Source of the DNA: a virus
Virus genome (UHGV): UHGV-0178511
DNA length: 35,205 nucleotides
Reading direction: 5' to 3' (one strand)
The translations under genes were made by a program, and so were the position numbers. Numbering within the stretch: position 1 is the stretch's first letter; each line of letters opens with the position of its first letter. A model generated the notes under the pieces. It was given only the letters and a program-made list of their open reading frames with translations. It searched no databases and had not been told where the DNA came from. Positions 8,596 through 18,209 of this stretch are shown piece by piece.

Positions 8596-8604
8596 GGAGT
8601 CATT

Positions 8605-8751
8605 ATGACAAAACAACTCAGTCCTTACCAGGACAAAATTCACAAACACATACTACGTGATCGCTTCCTGTCCAGCTTCAAGCAGCCTGGTCGATTCCGG
8701 GCTGAGTTGGAAAAAGTGAAGCTGATGCAGAAGGAGAAAGGTCATGAGTAA
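8605..8751 (+). CDS. Small ORF between cII-like gene and replication initiator (48 aa)
   Basis: ATG at 8605, stop overlapping the O-like start; P22 has a similar short ORF here. Confidence 0.35.
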   Translation: MTKQLSPYQDKIHKHILRDRFLSSFKQPGRFRAELEKVKLMQKEKGHE

Positions 8752-9643
8752 CATATCTAATCTAGCCGAAGCCAGAGAGGCCAGAAGGCTACAACAACCG
8801 CATCAAAGCAGCGGTAAGGGGTATGCCTTGCTGCACCGTAAAATTATGGATGTGCCGTTTTACAAGGACGCAGAAGCAGCGCATCTGTGGGTTCACTTAA
8901 TCCTCAAAGCAAAGCATACGCCTGAGTATGTAATGACTGACGCAGGAGAAATTCTGGTAGGCAGAGGGAAGCTACTTGGCGGTAGAAACTCTCTGGCGTT
9001 TGAAACAGGACTCAAACCAGATCGCGTTCAGTACCTGCTTAGAAAGTTCAAAAAACTCGGCATGATTGACTGGGTTTCACACGGTAAATTCTCAGTTTTC
9101 TCGGTAGAGAAATATGACGATTATCAGTCAAATTTTGTACCAGCAGATTACCAGCAAATTACCACCTCAAAGCCAGCAATACCAATGCCTGCAAGCAATA
9201 CTGTACCAGCAGATTACCAGCAAATTACCACAGATAAAGAATATAATAATATTATCTCTAATACTGACGTATTAGAGAGTACCGCAGCAGACAAAAAGTC
9301 TGACAAGAAAAAACCTTCCGTTAGCTGTCAGGATGTTGTCGATGCTTACCACGAAATCCTTCCTGAAGCGCCAAGAATCCGCGCACTGAATGACAAGCGT
9401 AAAAACCAGATCCGAACGTTCTGGCGCAAAGCCGGAGTGATAACCCGCCAGCTTGACGGGCATGGGTTCACGATGCAGGACTGGAGAAATTATTTGAGCT
9501 ACGTAGGCGAAAATTGCCGATGGATGTTCGAAGAGCGCCCAAACCATCAACGCGGAACCGTCTGGCACAAAAAGGGATTTGATTTCCTGCTTAACGATAA
9601 TACCTACCTGAAAGTTCGTGAGGGTGAACACGATGACCGATAA
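8744..9643 (+). CDS. Replication initiator, lambda O family
   Basis: 299 aa; position after cII; internal iterons and AT-rich tract (see repeat feature). Confidence 0.8.
   Translation: MSNISNLAEAREARRLQQPHQSSGKGYALLHRKIMDVPFYKDAEAAHLWVHLILKAKHTPEYVMTDAGEILVGRGKLLGGRNSLAFETGLKPDRVQYLLRKFKKLGMIDWVSHGKFSVFSVEKYDDYQSNFVPADYQQITTSKPAIPMPASNTVPADYQQITTDKEYNNIISNTDVLESTAADKKSDKKKPSVSCQDVVDAYHEILPEAPRIRALNDKRKNQIRTFWRKAGVITRQLDGHGFTMQDWRNYLSYVGENCRWMFEERPNHQRGTVWHKKGFDFLLNDNTYLKVREGEHDDR
9138..9270 (+). repeat. Candidate replication origin: two exact ~29-bp iterons plus AT-rich tract inside the initiator gene
   Basis: gtaccagcagattaccagcaaattaccac occurs twice about 65 bp apart (encoding [10 protein letters not shown] twice), followed by aaagaatataataatattatctctaatactgac. 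Confidence 0.5.
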
Positions 9644-11069
9644 TTTTTATGCGCCGCCCCATAGTATCGAGGCAGAGCAGGCGGTGATTGGTGGATTGCT
9701 TCTGGATGATGACAGCAGTGAGCGCGTCCAGAAAGTTCTGGCGATGCTGAAGCCTGATTCATTTTACAGCCGACCACACAAAATCCTTTTCGAAGAAATA
9801 ACCAGAATGCACCGTGAGCAAAAGCCAGTAGATGGCCTGACGCTTTTCGATGAACTGGAGCGTAAATCGTTAACGGCGTCTGTTGGCGGTTTTGCTTATA
9901 TCGCTGAGATCGCAAAGAACACGCCAAGCGCAGCAAACATCGTTGCTTATGCAATGCAGGTTCGTGAAACCGCAATGGAACGCTACGCCATCAACCGCAT
10001 GACTGAAGCGACGGAATTGCTCTATTCCCGCAACGGAATGACTGCAACGCAGAAGTACGAAGCTATTCAGGCGATTTTCACGCAACTGACAGACCATGCA
10101 AAAACCGGATCGCGTCGCGGCCTTCGCTCATTTGGTGAGGTCATGGAAGACTGGGTTAGCGACCTTGAGAAGCGATTTGACCCGTCAGGCGAACAACGAG
10201 GAATGAGCACAGGGATCCCATCTCTGGACAGGATGCTGTCACCGAAAGGTCTGGTGAAAGGCTCTCTGTTCGTCATTGGCGCTCGCCCTAAGATGGGGAA
10301 AACGACGCTATACAGCCAGATGGCAATCAACTGCGCAGTGCATGAGAAAAAGCCCGCTCTGATGTTCAGTCTTGAAATGCCAGGCGACCAGATACTGGAA
10401 AAGCTGGTAGGACAGAAGTCAGGTGTTAACCCGAATATTTTTTACCTTCCGGCGACAAATGACGCTGATGACGGCTATCAGGGTGATTACGATGGTGACT
10501 TCAACAGGGCGATAGAAACAGCAAATCGCTTGAGTGAAATCGACATGCTTTACATCGACGACACGCCGGGATTATCTCTGGCTCAAATCGTCAGCGAAAG
10601 CCGTCGAATCAAGCGAGAAAAAGGATGTGTTGGCATGATTCTGGTCGATTACCTGACACTAATGACCGCTGAGAAGGCCGATCGCAACGACCTTGCTTAC
10701 GGCATGATCACCAAAGGACTGAAGAACCTTGCCAAAGAGCTTGATTGCGTTGTTGTGCTTCTGACGCAGCTTAACCGCGCACTGGAAAGCCGAACCAATA
10801 AACGCCCATTACCAAGTGACTCACGAGATACAGGGCAGATTGAACAGGATTGCGATTATTGGGTTGGGATCCATCGTGAAGGCGCTTTTGATGACAGTGT
10901 TCCACCTGGTGAAACTGAACTAATCCTTCGTCTCAATCGTCATGGCAATACCGGCACGGTGTATTGCATTCAGGCAAATGGCGCTATTTATGACACAGAC
11001 CAACAGTCTGCTGAAATGCGCCGCCGTGAACGCGAGGAACCGCAGTCCAAGAAGAAAGGAGGATTCTGA
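9633..11069 (+). CDS. DnaB-family replicative helicase (P22 gene 12-like)
   Basis: Walker A GARPKMGKT; N-terminal PHSIEAEQAVIGG; start at ATG 9633 overlapping the initiator stop (track ORF starts 9618). Confidence 0.9.
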   Translation: MTDNFYAPPHSIEAEQAVIGGLLLDDDSSERVQKVLAMLKPDSFYSRPHKILFEEITRMHREQKPVDGLTLFDELERKSLTASVGGFAYIAEIAKNTPSAANIVAYAMQVRETAMERYAINRMTEATELLYSRNGMTATQKYEAIQAIFTQLTDHAKTGSRRGLRSFGEVMEDWVSDLEKRFDPSGEQRGMSTGIPSLDRMLSPKGLVKGSLFVIGARPKMGKTTLYSQMAINCAVHEKKPALMFSLEMPGDQILEKLVGQKSGVNPNIFYLPATNDADDGYQGDYDGDFNRAIETANRLSEIDMLYIDDTPGLSLAQIVSESRRIKREKGCVGMILVDYLTLMTAEKADRNDLAYGMITKGLKNLAKELDCVVVLLTQLNRALESRTNKRPLPSDSRDTGQIEQDCDYWVGIHREGAFDDSVPPGETELILRLNRHGNTGTVYCIQANGAIYDTDQQSAEMRRREREEPQSKKKGGF

Positions 11070-11096
11070 TGACCATCTACATCACTGAGCTAATAA

Positions 11097-11128
11097 CAGG
11101 CCTGCTGGTAATCGCAGGCCTTTTTATT
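11097..11128 (+). terminator. Intrinsic terminator (lambda tR2-like)
   Basis: caggcctgc-tggtaatc-gcaggcct hairpin followed by tttttattt, between helicase and ninB. Confidence 0.6.
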
Positions 11129-11145
11129 TGGGGGAGAGGGAAGTC

Positions 11146-11586
11146 ATGAAAAAACTAACCTTTGAAATTCGATCTCCAGCACATCAGCAAAACGCTATTC
11201 ACGCAGTACAGCAAATCCTTCCAGACCCAACCAAACCAATCGTAGTAACCATTCAGGAACGCAACCGCAGCTTAGACCAAAACAGGAAGCTATGGGCTTG
11301 CCTTGGTGACGTCTCTAGTCAGGTTGAATGGCATGGTCGCTGGCTGGATGCAGAAAGCTGGAAGTGTGTGTTTACCGCAGCATTAAAGCAGCAGGATGTT
11401 GTTCCTAACCTTGCCGGGAATGGCTTTGTGGTAATAGGCCAGTCAACCAGCAGGATGCGTGTAAGCGAATTTGCGGAGCTATTAGAGCTTATACAGGCAT
11501 TCGGTACAGAGCGTGGCGTTAAGTGGTCAGACGAAGCGAGACTGGCTCTGGAGTGGAAAGCGAGATGGGGAGACAGTGCTGCATGA
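11146..11586 (+). CDS. ninB: NinB (Orf recombination mediator)
   Basis: MKKLTFEIRSPAHQQNAIHAVQQILPDPTKPIVVTIQERNRSLDQNRKLWACLGDV...; recalled as near-identical to lambda NinB. Confidence 0.9.
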   Translation: MKKLTFEIRSPAHQQNAIHAVQQILPDPTKPIVVTIQERNRSLDQNRKLWACLGDVSSQVEWHGRWLDAESWKCVFTAALKQQDVVPNLAGNGFVVIGQSTSRMRVSEFAELLELIQAFGTERGVKWSDEARLALEWKARWGDSAA

Positions 11587-12110
11587 CTATCAAATCAAAT
11601 ACGCCATCACACGACAAGGACTGCTGGCAAACGCCGCTCTGGCTTTTTGATGCGCTGGATATTGAGTTTGGATTCTGGCTGGATTCGGCAGCGAGCGACA
11701 AAAATGCTCTGTGCGCTCACTGGCTAACTGAGGCTGACGACGCGCTAAATTCTGAGTGGATAAGCCACGGTGCAATCTGGAATAACCCACCGTACAGCAA
11801 TATCAGGCCGTGGGTGGAAAAAGCCGCTGAGCAGAGCATACAACAGCGACAGACGGTAGTGATGCTTGTGCCAGAGGATATGTCAGTCGGATGGTTCAGC
11901 AAGGCTCTGGAGAGTGTTGACGAAGTTCGCATCATCACTGATGGACGGATTAATTTTATCGAACCATCGACAGGGCTGGAGAAGAAGGGAAACAGTAAAG
12001 GCTCAATGCTGCTGATTTGGCGACCGTTCATCAGTCCTCGACGGATGTTTACTACCGTATCCAAAGCGGCATTGATGGCGATCGGGCAGGGCGTCAGGAG
12101 GGCAGCATGA
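11583..12110 (+). CDS. Phage-type DNA N6-adenine methyltransferase (orphan, Dam-like)
   Basis: NPPY motif (IWNNPPYS); start ATG overlaps ninB stop (ATGA); no adjacent restriction endonuclease candidate. Confidence 0.8.
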   Translation: MTIKSNTPSHDKDCWQTPLWLFDALDIEFGFWLDSAASDKNALCAHWLTEADDALNSEWISHGAIWNNPPYSNIRPWVEKAAEQSIQQRQTVVMLVPEDMSVGWFSKALESVDEVRIITDGRINFIEPSTGLEKKGNSKGSMLLIWRPFISPRRMFTTVSKAALMAIGQGVRRAA

Positions 12111-12289
12111 GACGACAGCGACGAAGTATCACCGACATCATCTGCGAAAACTGCAAATACCTTCCAACGAAACGCTCCAGAAATAAACGCAAGCCAATCC
12201 CAAAAGAATCTGACGTAAAAACCTTCAATTACACGGCTCACCTGTGGGATATCCGGTGGCTTAGAGAACGTGCGAGGAAAACAAGGTGA
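12107..12289 (+). CDS. ninE: NinE
   Basis: 60-aa product [40 protein letters not shown]...; ATGA overlap with the methyltransferase stop. Confidence 0.7.
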   Translation: MRRQRRSITDIICENCKYLPTKRSRNKRKPIPKESDVKTFNYTAHLWDIRWLRERARKTR

Positions 12290-12456
12290 TTGACCCAAAT
12301 CGAAGTTACGAACAAGAAAGCGTCGAGCGGGCTTTAACGTGCGCTAACTGCGGTCAGAAACTGCATGTGCTGGAAGTTCACGTGTGCTCCGATTGCTGCG
12401 CAGAACTGATGAGCGATCCGAATAGCTCAATGTACGAGGAAGAAGACGATGAATGA
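12286..12456 (+). CDS. ninF: NinF-like small Cys-containing protein
   Basis: Apparent GTG start overlapping ninE stop; [33 protein letters not shown]...; start codon uncertain. Confidence 0.5.
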   Translation: MIDPNRSYEQESVERALTCANCGQKLHVLEVHVCSDCCAELMSDPNSSMYEEEDDE

Positions 12457-13171
12457 GTTAATAAATGGCAATGCCATCAAAATGACAAGCATTGAAATCG
12501 CTGAGTTGGTGGGTAAGCGTCATGACAATGTGAAACGTACCATCGAAACGCTGGCTAAAAATGGTGTTATCCGGCTTCCTCAAATTGAGGTTTCCGAAAG
12601 AATCAATAACTTAGGGTTCAATGTTCAGTACGAGCATTACGTCTTCGAGGGCGAACAAGGTAAGCGAGACAGTATTGTCGTTGTTGCCCAGTTGTCGCCA
12701 GAGTTCACCGCTCGCCTTGTTGACCGCTGGCGAGAGCTTGAAGAAGCTGCGGTTAATATCCCCAAAACGCTACCGGAAGCGTTGCGCCTTGCTGCCGATC
12801 TTGCTGAGCAGAAAATGCAACTGGAAAACCAGCTCGCAATTGTCGCACCTAAAGTTGAGTTTGCCGATCGCGTTGGCGAGGCCAGCGGAATTTTGATTGG
12901 AAACTTTGCAAAGGTTGTTGGTATTGGTCAAAACAAACTGTTTGCGTGGATGCGTGATCACAAAATCCTTATTGCTTCAGGTTCCCGGCGCAATGTGCCA
13001 ATGCAGGAATATATGGATCGCGGCTATTTCACAGTGAAAGAAACAGCGGTCAACACAAATCACGGAATACAGATATCGTTCACCACAAAAATCACCGGGC
13101 GCGGTCAACAGTGGCTGACCAGAAAGTTGCTCGATAACGGAATGCTGAAAGTAACAGGGGAGGCTGCTTAA
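12449..13171 (+). CDS. Rha/Roi-like phage regulatory protein (antirepressor-type domains)
   Basis: 240 aa, [35 protein letters not shown]...; family assignment from memory, moderate. Confidence 0.6.
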   Translation: MNELINGNAIKMTSIEIAELVGKRHDNVKRTIETLAKNGVIRLPQIEVSERINNLGFNVQYEHYVFEGEQGKRDSIVVVAQLSPEFTARLVDRWRELEEAAVNIPKTLPEALRLAADLAEQKMQLENQLAIVAPKVEFADRVGEASGILIGNFAKVVGIGQNKLFAWMRDHKILIASGSRRNVPMQEYMDRGYFTVKETAVNTNHGIQISFTTKITGRGQQWLTRKLLDNGMLKVTGEAA

Positions 13172-13461
13172 TGGCTAACCTACGCAAAGAAGCACGCGGC
13201 AGAGAATGCCAGGTACGTATTTACGGCGTATGCAATGGCAATCCTGAAACTACAGTTCTGGCACATTACCGGATGGCTGGAATTTGCGGAACGGGAATGA
13301 AGCCTGACGACCTGATCGGTGCATGGGCTTGTAGTGCGTGTCACGATGAAATCGACCGACGCACCCATAATCTCGACAACAAAGACGCCAGACTTTACCA
13401 CCTCGAAGGCGTGATCAGAACGCAGGCGATACTGCTGAGGGAGGGGAAGATTAAGTCATGA
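13171..13461 (+). CDS. YbcO-like small Cys/His-rich protein adjacent to rusA
   Basis: 96 aa with CxVRIYGVC...CSACHDEID; same position and length as DLP12 ybcO as I recall. Confidence 0.55.
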   Translation: MANLRKEARGRECQVRIYGVCNGNPETTVLAHYRMAGICGTGMKPDDLIGAWACSACHDEIDRRTHNLDNKDARLYHLEGVIRTQAILLREGKIKS

Positions 13462-13820
13462 ACGAATATCAGTTTGTGCTTCCATACCCGCCGTCGGTGA
13501 ATACCTACTGGCGAAGACGGGGAAGCCAATATTACATAAGCGATAAAGGCCAGAAATACCGAAAAGACGTTCAGCAAATCATCCGCCAACTCAAGTTAGA
13601 CATTTTCACCAAATCACGACTCCGTATCAAAGTCATCGCAGACGTTCCAGACTCCCGCCGCCGCGACCTCGACAACATCCTGAAAGGTTTACTCGACTCC
13701 CTTATCCACGCCGGATTTGCGGAAGACGACGAGCAATTCGATGACATTCGCGTAATTCGTGGTGTGAAAGTACCAGGCGGACGGCTTGGAATAAAAATCA
13801 CCGAACTGGAGAACGCATGA
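13458..13820 (+). CDS. rusA: RusA Holliday-junction resolvase
   Basis: 120 aa; PDSRRRDLDNILKGLLDSLIHAGF parallels E. coli RusA [24 protein letters not shown]. Confidence 0.9.
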   Translation: MNEYQFVLPYPPSVNTYWRRRGSQYYISDKGQKYRKDVQQIIRQLKLDIFTKSRLRIKVIADVPDSRRRDLDNILKGLLDSLIHAGFAEDDEQFDDIRVIRGVKVPGGRLGIKITELENA

Positions 13821-14005
13821 ACGCCACAATTCAAACGATACCAGAGCTTCTTATCCAGACACGAGGCAATCAGACCGAAGTGGCAAGGATGCTTTCCTGC
13901 GCAAGAGGAACAGTGCTCAAGTACAACCGAGACAGCAAAGGCGAGCGTCACGTAATAGTTAACGGCGTCCTGATGGTCAAACAGGGCAAGAGGGGAAGAC
14001 GATGA
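13817..14005 (+). CDS. ninH: NinH-like small DNA-binding protein
   Basis: GNQTEVARMLSCARGTVLKY HTH; resembles lambda NinH. Confidence 0.65.
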   Translation: MNATIQTIPELLIQTRGNQTEVARMLSCARGTVLKYNRDSKGERHVIVNGVLMVKQGKRGRR

Positions 14006-14625
14006 GACTAGAAAGCGTAGCTAAATTTCATTCGCCAAAAAGCCCGATGATGAGCGACTCACCACGGGCTACGGCTTCTGACTCTCTTTCCGGTACTGAT
14101 GTGATGGCTGCTATGGGGATGGCGCAATCACAAGCCGGATTCGGCATGGCTGCATTCTGTGGTAAGCACGAACTCAGCCAGAACGACAAACAAAAGGCTA
14201 TCAACTATCTGATGCAATTTGCACACAAGGTATCGGGGAAATACCGTGGTGTGGCAAAGCTCGAAGGAAATACTAAGGCAAAGGTACTGCAAGTGCTCGC
14301 AACATTCGCTTATGCGGATTATTGCCGTAGTGCCGCGACGCCGGGCGCAAGATGCAGAGATTGCCACGGTACAGGCCGTGCGGTTGATATAGCAAAAACA
14401 GAGCAGTGGGGGAGAGTTGTCGAGAAAGAGTGCGGAAGATGCAAAGGCGTCGGCTATTCAAGGATGCCAGCAAGCGCCGCATATCGCGCTGTGACGATGC
14501 TAATCCCAAACCTTACCCAACCCACCTGGTCACGCACCGTTAAGCCGCTGTATGACGCTCTGGTGGTGCAATGCCACAAAGAAGAGTCAATCGCAGACAA
14601 CATTTTGAATGCGGTCACACGTTAG
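14002..14625 (+). CDS. Q: Late-gene antiterminator Q (lambda type)
   Basis: 207 aa, MRLESVAKFHSPKSPMMSDSPRATASDSLSGTDVMAAMGMAQSQAGF...; recalled as essentially lambda Q. Confidence 0.95.
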   Translation: MRLESVAKFHSPKSPMMSDSPRATASDSLSGTDVMAAMGMAQSQAGFGMAAFCGKHELSQNDKQKAINYLMQFAHKVSGKYRGVAKLEGNTKAKVLQVLATFAYADYCRSAATPGARCRDCHGTGRAVDIAKTEQWGRVVEKECGRCKGVGYSRMPASAAYRAVTMLIPNLTQPTWSRTVKPLYDALVVQCHKEESIADNILNAVTR

Positions 14626-14667
14626 CAGCATGATTGCCACGGATGGCAACATATTAACGGCATAATA

Positions 14668-14696
14668 TTGACTTTTTGAATAAAGTTGGGTAAATT
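14668..14696 (+). promoter_or_regulatory. Late promoter pR' (with Q-binding/qut region)
   Basis: TTGACT, 17-nt spacer, TAAATT; surrounding sequence matches my recollection of lambda pR'. Confidence 0.7.
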
Positions 14697-14702
14697 TGAC
14701 CC

Positions 14703-14896
14703 AACGATGGGTTAATTCGCTCGTTGTGGTAGTGAGATGAAAAGAGGCGGCGCTTACTACCGATTCCGCCTAGTTGGTCACTTCGACGTATCGTCTGGAA
14801 CTCCAACCATCGCAGGCTGAGAGGTCTGCAAAATGCAATCCCGAAACAGTTCGCAGGTAATAGTTAGAGCCTGCACAACGGTTTCGGGATTTTTTA
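14703..14896 (+). ncRNA. 6S-type short late transcript ending at tR'
   Basis: About 194 nt from the predicted pR' start to tR' (aatcccgaaac...gtttcgggat plus TTTTTTAT at 14837-14896), same length as lambda 6S RNA. Confidence 0.6.
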
Positions 14897-15447
14897 TATC
14901 TGCACAACAGGTAAGAGCATTAAAGAACTGGCAAAGAGCTTAACGGTCTGCGAAAGCATTTTTTAGTGGCACAGCTGGCCGGTACAACTGAGTGCTCTTT
15001 CCGGTGTGGTGAATGCGCAGGCTGATGCGCGCAGGAGAGCTTCGGAAGAACAAGGTGCCTGTATACAAGCCGGAGATCAGCGCCGGCCACCACAGCCAAA
15101 TCCACCCAGAGCAAAACCGTTGTTCATCCTTACCATTCCCTCAGTATTTTGGGCTACAACCCTCAGCCCATTTTTTAAAGCGTACTTCCACCAAGAACTA
15201 GACCTAACCAACTCATTGCTGACACTCTGTGGATACGGTTGTCTAGTGCGCTTTAAAAAAGAAAACCCAGCATCAATGGCTGGGCTTCGTGATATGACCG
15301 GCATGTATTGTTGGCGCAATCCACGCCTGATTTGCTCATGAATGCGGTCACGAACAAACCCGTTACAAATCAACCGTAACCCGGATTTGTTCAAGCGACC
15401 ATATCCATAATTCCTAATTTGAACAGATCCCCTTCTGGGGGTAAGAC

Positions 15448-15771
15448 ATGAAGATGCCAGAAAAACATGACCTGTTAGCTGCCATTCTCGCGGCAAAGGA
15501 ACAAGGCATCGGGGCAATCCTTGCGTTTGCAATGGCGTACCTTCGCGGCAGATATAATGGCGGTGCGTTTACAAAAACAGTAATCGACGCAACGATGTGC
15601 GCCATTATCGCCTGGTTCATTCGTGACCTTCTCGACTTCGCCGGACTAAGTAGCAATCTCGCTTATATAACGAGCGTGTTCATCGGCTACATCGGTACTG
15701 ACTCGATTGGTTCGCTTATCAAACGCTTCGCTGCTAAAAAAGCCGGAGTAGAAGATGGTGGAAATCAATAA
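15448..15771 (+). CDS. S: Class I holin S with dual-start motif
   Basis: 107 aa beginning [17 protein letters not shown] (Met1-Lys2-Met3 as in lambda S107/S105). Confidence 0.95.
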   Translation: MKMPEKHDLLAAILAAKEQGIGAILAFAMAYLRGRYNGGAFTKTVIDATMCAIIAWFIRDLLDFAGLSSNLAYITSVFIGYIGTDSIGSLIKRFAAKKAGVEDGGNQ

Positions 15772-16231
15772 TCAACGTAAGGCGTTCCTCGATATGCTGG
15801 CGTGGTCAGAGGGAACTGATAACGGACGGCAGAAAACCAGAAATCATGGTTATGACGTCATTGTTGGCGGAGAGCTATTCACTGATTACTCCGATCACCC
15901 TCGCAAACTTGTCACGCTAAACCCCAAACTCAAATCAACAGCAGCCGGGCGTTACCAGCTTCTTTCCCGTTGGTGGGATGCCTATCGTAAGCAGCTTGGC
16001 CTGAAAGACTTCTCTCCGAAAAGCCAGGACGCCGTGGCACTGCAACAGATTAAAGAACGTGGCGCTTTACCGATGATTGATCGCGGTGATATTCGTCAGG
16101 CTATTGACCGTTGCAGCAATATCTGGGCTTCACTGCCGGGGGCTGGTTATGGTCAGTTCGAGCATAAGGCTGACAGTTTGATTGCAAAATTCAAAGAGGC
16201 TGGCGGAACGGTCAGAGAGATTGAGGTATGA
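15755..16231 (+). CDS. R: Endolysin R (lambda-type lytic transglycosylase)
   Basis: 158 aa, [51 protein letters not shown]... Confidence 0.95.
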   Translation: MVEINNQRKAFLDMLAWSEGTDNGRQKTRNHGYDVIVGGELFTDYSDHPRKLVTLNPKLKSTAAGRYQLLSRWWDAYRKQLGLKDFSPKSQDAVALQQIKERGALPMIDRGDIRQAIDRCSNIWASLPGAGYGQFEHKADSLIAKFKEAGGTVREIEV

Positions 16232-16665
16232 GCAGAGTCACCGCGATTATCTCCGCTCTGGTTATCTGCATCATCGTCTGCCTGTCATGGGCTGTTAATC
16301 ATTACCGTGATAACGCCATCGACTACAAAGAGCAGCGCGATAAGGCCGCATCCACAATTGCTGACATGCAGAAGCGTCAACGTGATGTAGCAGAACTCGA
16401 CGCAATATACACAAAGGAGCTTGCTGATGCTAACGCGACTATCGAAAGTCTCCGTGCTGATGTTTCTGCTGGGCGTAAGCGCCTGCAAGTCGCCGCCACC
16501 TGTGCAAAGTCAACGACCGGAGCCAGCAGCATGGGCGATGGAGAAAGCCCAAGACTTACAGCAGATGCTGAACTCAATTATTACCGTCTCCGAAGTGGAA
16601 TCGACAAGATAACCGCGCAGGTTAACTACCTGCAGGAGTACATCAGGACTCAGTGCCTGAAATAA
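16228..16665 (+). CDS. Rz: Rz inner-membrane spanin
   Basis: N-terminal TM segment ([16 protein letters not shown]) and coiled-coil; follows R with ATGA overlap. Confidence 0.9.
   Translation: MSRVTAIISALVICIIVCLSWAVNHYRDNAIDYKEQRDKAASTIADMQKRQRDVAELDAIYTKELADANATIESLRADVSAGRKRLQVAATCAKSTTGASSMGDGESPRLTADAELNYYRLRSGIDKITAQVNYLQEYIRTQCLK
16421..16612 (+). CDS. Rz1: Rz1 outer-membrane lipoprotein spanin embedded in Rz (+1 frame)
   Basis: Lipobox LLGVSAC then Pro-rich [13 protein letters not shown]; entirely within Rz in another frame. Confidence 0.7.
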   Translation: MLMLTRLSKVSVLMFLLGVSACKSPPPVQSQRPEPAAWAMEKAQDLQQMLNSIITVSEVESTR

Positions 16666-16695
16666 TTTTTTTGCAAATCACAAAGTCCATTTAAT

Positions 16696-16751
16696 GAGCC
16701 TCGCGATGCGGGGCTTTTTGCAATAAATGCGTACCGCAACGCATGTTTTTT
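16696..16751 (+). terminator. Two tandem intrinsic terminators downstream of the lysis cassette
   Basis: gagcctcgc-gat-gcggggct plus TTTTT, then atgcgt-accgca-acgcat plus TTTTTT. Confidence 0.5.
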
Positions 16752-16866
16752 ACACCGAACCTGCCCCTTTGGAATGGGCCTTTGAGGATACCAGTTAGTG
16801 CTGGCGAGCCTCGGTGGGCTGGTTTCCTGTGCGGCAAAGGTTCATTTCAAATGGTAGGTAAACGTT

Positions 16867-17388
16867 ATGAATATCGTGCCACTTAATTACAAAGGTGAAA
16901 TTGTCAGTTTCAACACTGATGGTTGGATCAACGTCACAGGTGTTGCTGAGAGATTTGGGAAACGCATTGATAACTGGATGCGTTTGGCAGAAACGCTTGA
17001 ATACGTTCGTGCTTTAGACGAAGCGTTGACCGGGAAAGAATCTCAAATTTTACATCCCTCACAATCGAGGTATGTAAAAACCAGCAAGGCACGAAAGGAC
17101 AGGGGTGGTGGTACGTGGCTACATCCAAAACTTTCAGTTGCATTTGCCCGTTGGTGTGATGCTCGTTTTGCTGTGTGGTGCGACCTGCACATTGATAGTC
17201 TGCTTCGCGGTGAACTGACTGAGCAGCAGAAATATGAGCAAGCATGTCGCATTCGCGATGACCGTAAATCAAAAGCCAGCAATGGGGCAAGAGAGATGGC
17301 TCGCTGGCGATGGGATAAGCCGGTTATTGAAGCAAATGTCGAGTACTGGCGCGAGCAACTGCAGTTGACTCTCGATATCGCTTGCTGA
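16867..17388 (+). CDS. KilA-N domain protein
   Basis: N-terminal KilA-N-like pattern (FNTDGWINVTGVAERFGKRIDNWMRL...LHPKLSVAFARWCDARF). Confidence 0.65.
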   Translation: MNIVPLNYKGEIVSFNTDGWINVTGVAERFGKRIDNWMRLAETLEYVRALDEALTGKESQILHPSQSRYVKTSKARKDRGGGTWLHPKLSVAFARWCDARFAVWCDLHIDSLLRGELTEQQKYEQACRIRDDRKSKASNGAREMARWRWDKPVIEANVEYWREQLQLTLDIAC

Positions 17389-17734
17389 TGGCAAACGCAA
17401 AACTGCGTTATCGGAAAAATCAAAGCATTACGAGAACTGAGCAACAGCTATCCATTACAAAGCCCATCTACGGGTGGGCTTGATAATGAAACCGTGATTT
17501 ACATCCCCACAATCCGGGTATGTAAAAGATAGTTCAGGCGAGAACAGATTTAACTAAATCTGTGCACCACCAGTTGCGGCAGTACAGCGAAACAACCCAA
17601 GCCAGTAAGTGGGGAAATAACACTGGCAGCCACTGAAAGATGAACCTCCTGCCTTATGGCAAAAAAGATTCTTTGTGGTGGCGGACTGATGGAAAGACAT
17701 CCTAATCAAGCAACCACTCTACAGGGTCATAATT

Positions 17735-18106
17735 ATGAACGACCAGCAAATCGAAAAAGAAATCGTTGAGAAAGGCAAAACGGCACCGCGAGTTACGCCA
17801 GACCATATCGAAGGAATTATTGCTCAGGAGGCATATTTCACAGCAGAGGATGGTGCCTTTGGCAAAGCCATAAAAGCGAAACATACTGGCGGAGAGGTAA
17901 ACTACCAGCCGCACGAATCACTTTCTCTGCTGACGTTCTGCGTCCTGGTGCTGCGCAACGGCTTCACCGTCACCGGAGAGAGTGCCTGTGCAAGTCCGGA
18001 AAATTTTGATGCAGAAATTGGTCGGAAGATTGCCCGGCAGAATGCTGTAAACAAAATCTGGATGCTCGAAGGTTACTTGCTGAAGCAGAAGCTAAGCGAA
18101 CAGTAG
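17735..18106 (+). CDS. Hypothetical phage protein (possibly Sf6 gp66 / N4 gp49-like family)
   Basis: 123-aa ORF with RBS; family assignment is a weak recollection. Confidence 0.45.
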   Translation: MNDQQIEKEIVEKGKTAPRVTPDHIEGIIAQEAYFTAEDGAFGKAIKAKHTGGEVNYQPHESLSLLTFCVLVLRNGFTVTGESACASPENFDAEIGRKIARQNAVNKIWMLEGYLLKQKLSEQ

Positions 18107-18209
18107 TTATTACAAAAGCCATTCCTTACTGAGTGGCTTTGATAATGGCTTATACCCTACACGGGATAACTTAACTGATATCCCTTTTAACGGATAAACG
18201 GAGCCAACA

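Noticed and set aside
9604-10330. Minus-strand ORFs inside the initiator/helicase genes (9272..9631, 9604..9975, 9870..10097, 10067..10330)
   Set aside because: Antisense to strongly supported replication genes.
15006-15532. ORFs 15006..15341(+), 15013..15201(+) and 15077..15532(-) between tR' and the holin gene
   Set aside because: The corresponding lambda spacer has no gene as far as I recall; translations are Arg/Pro-rich and low-complexity; the minus ORF would run against the late transcript and into the holin start.
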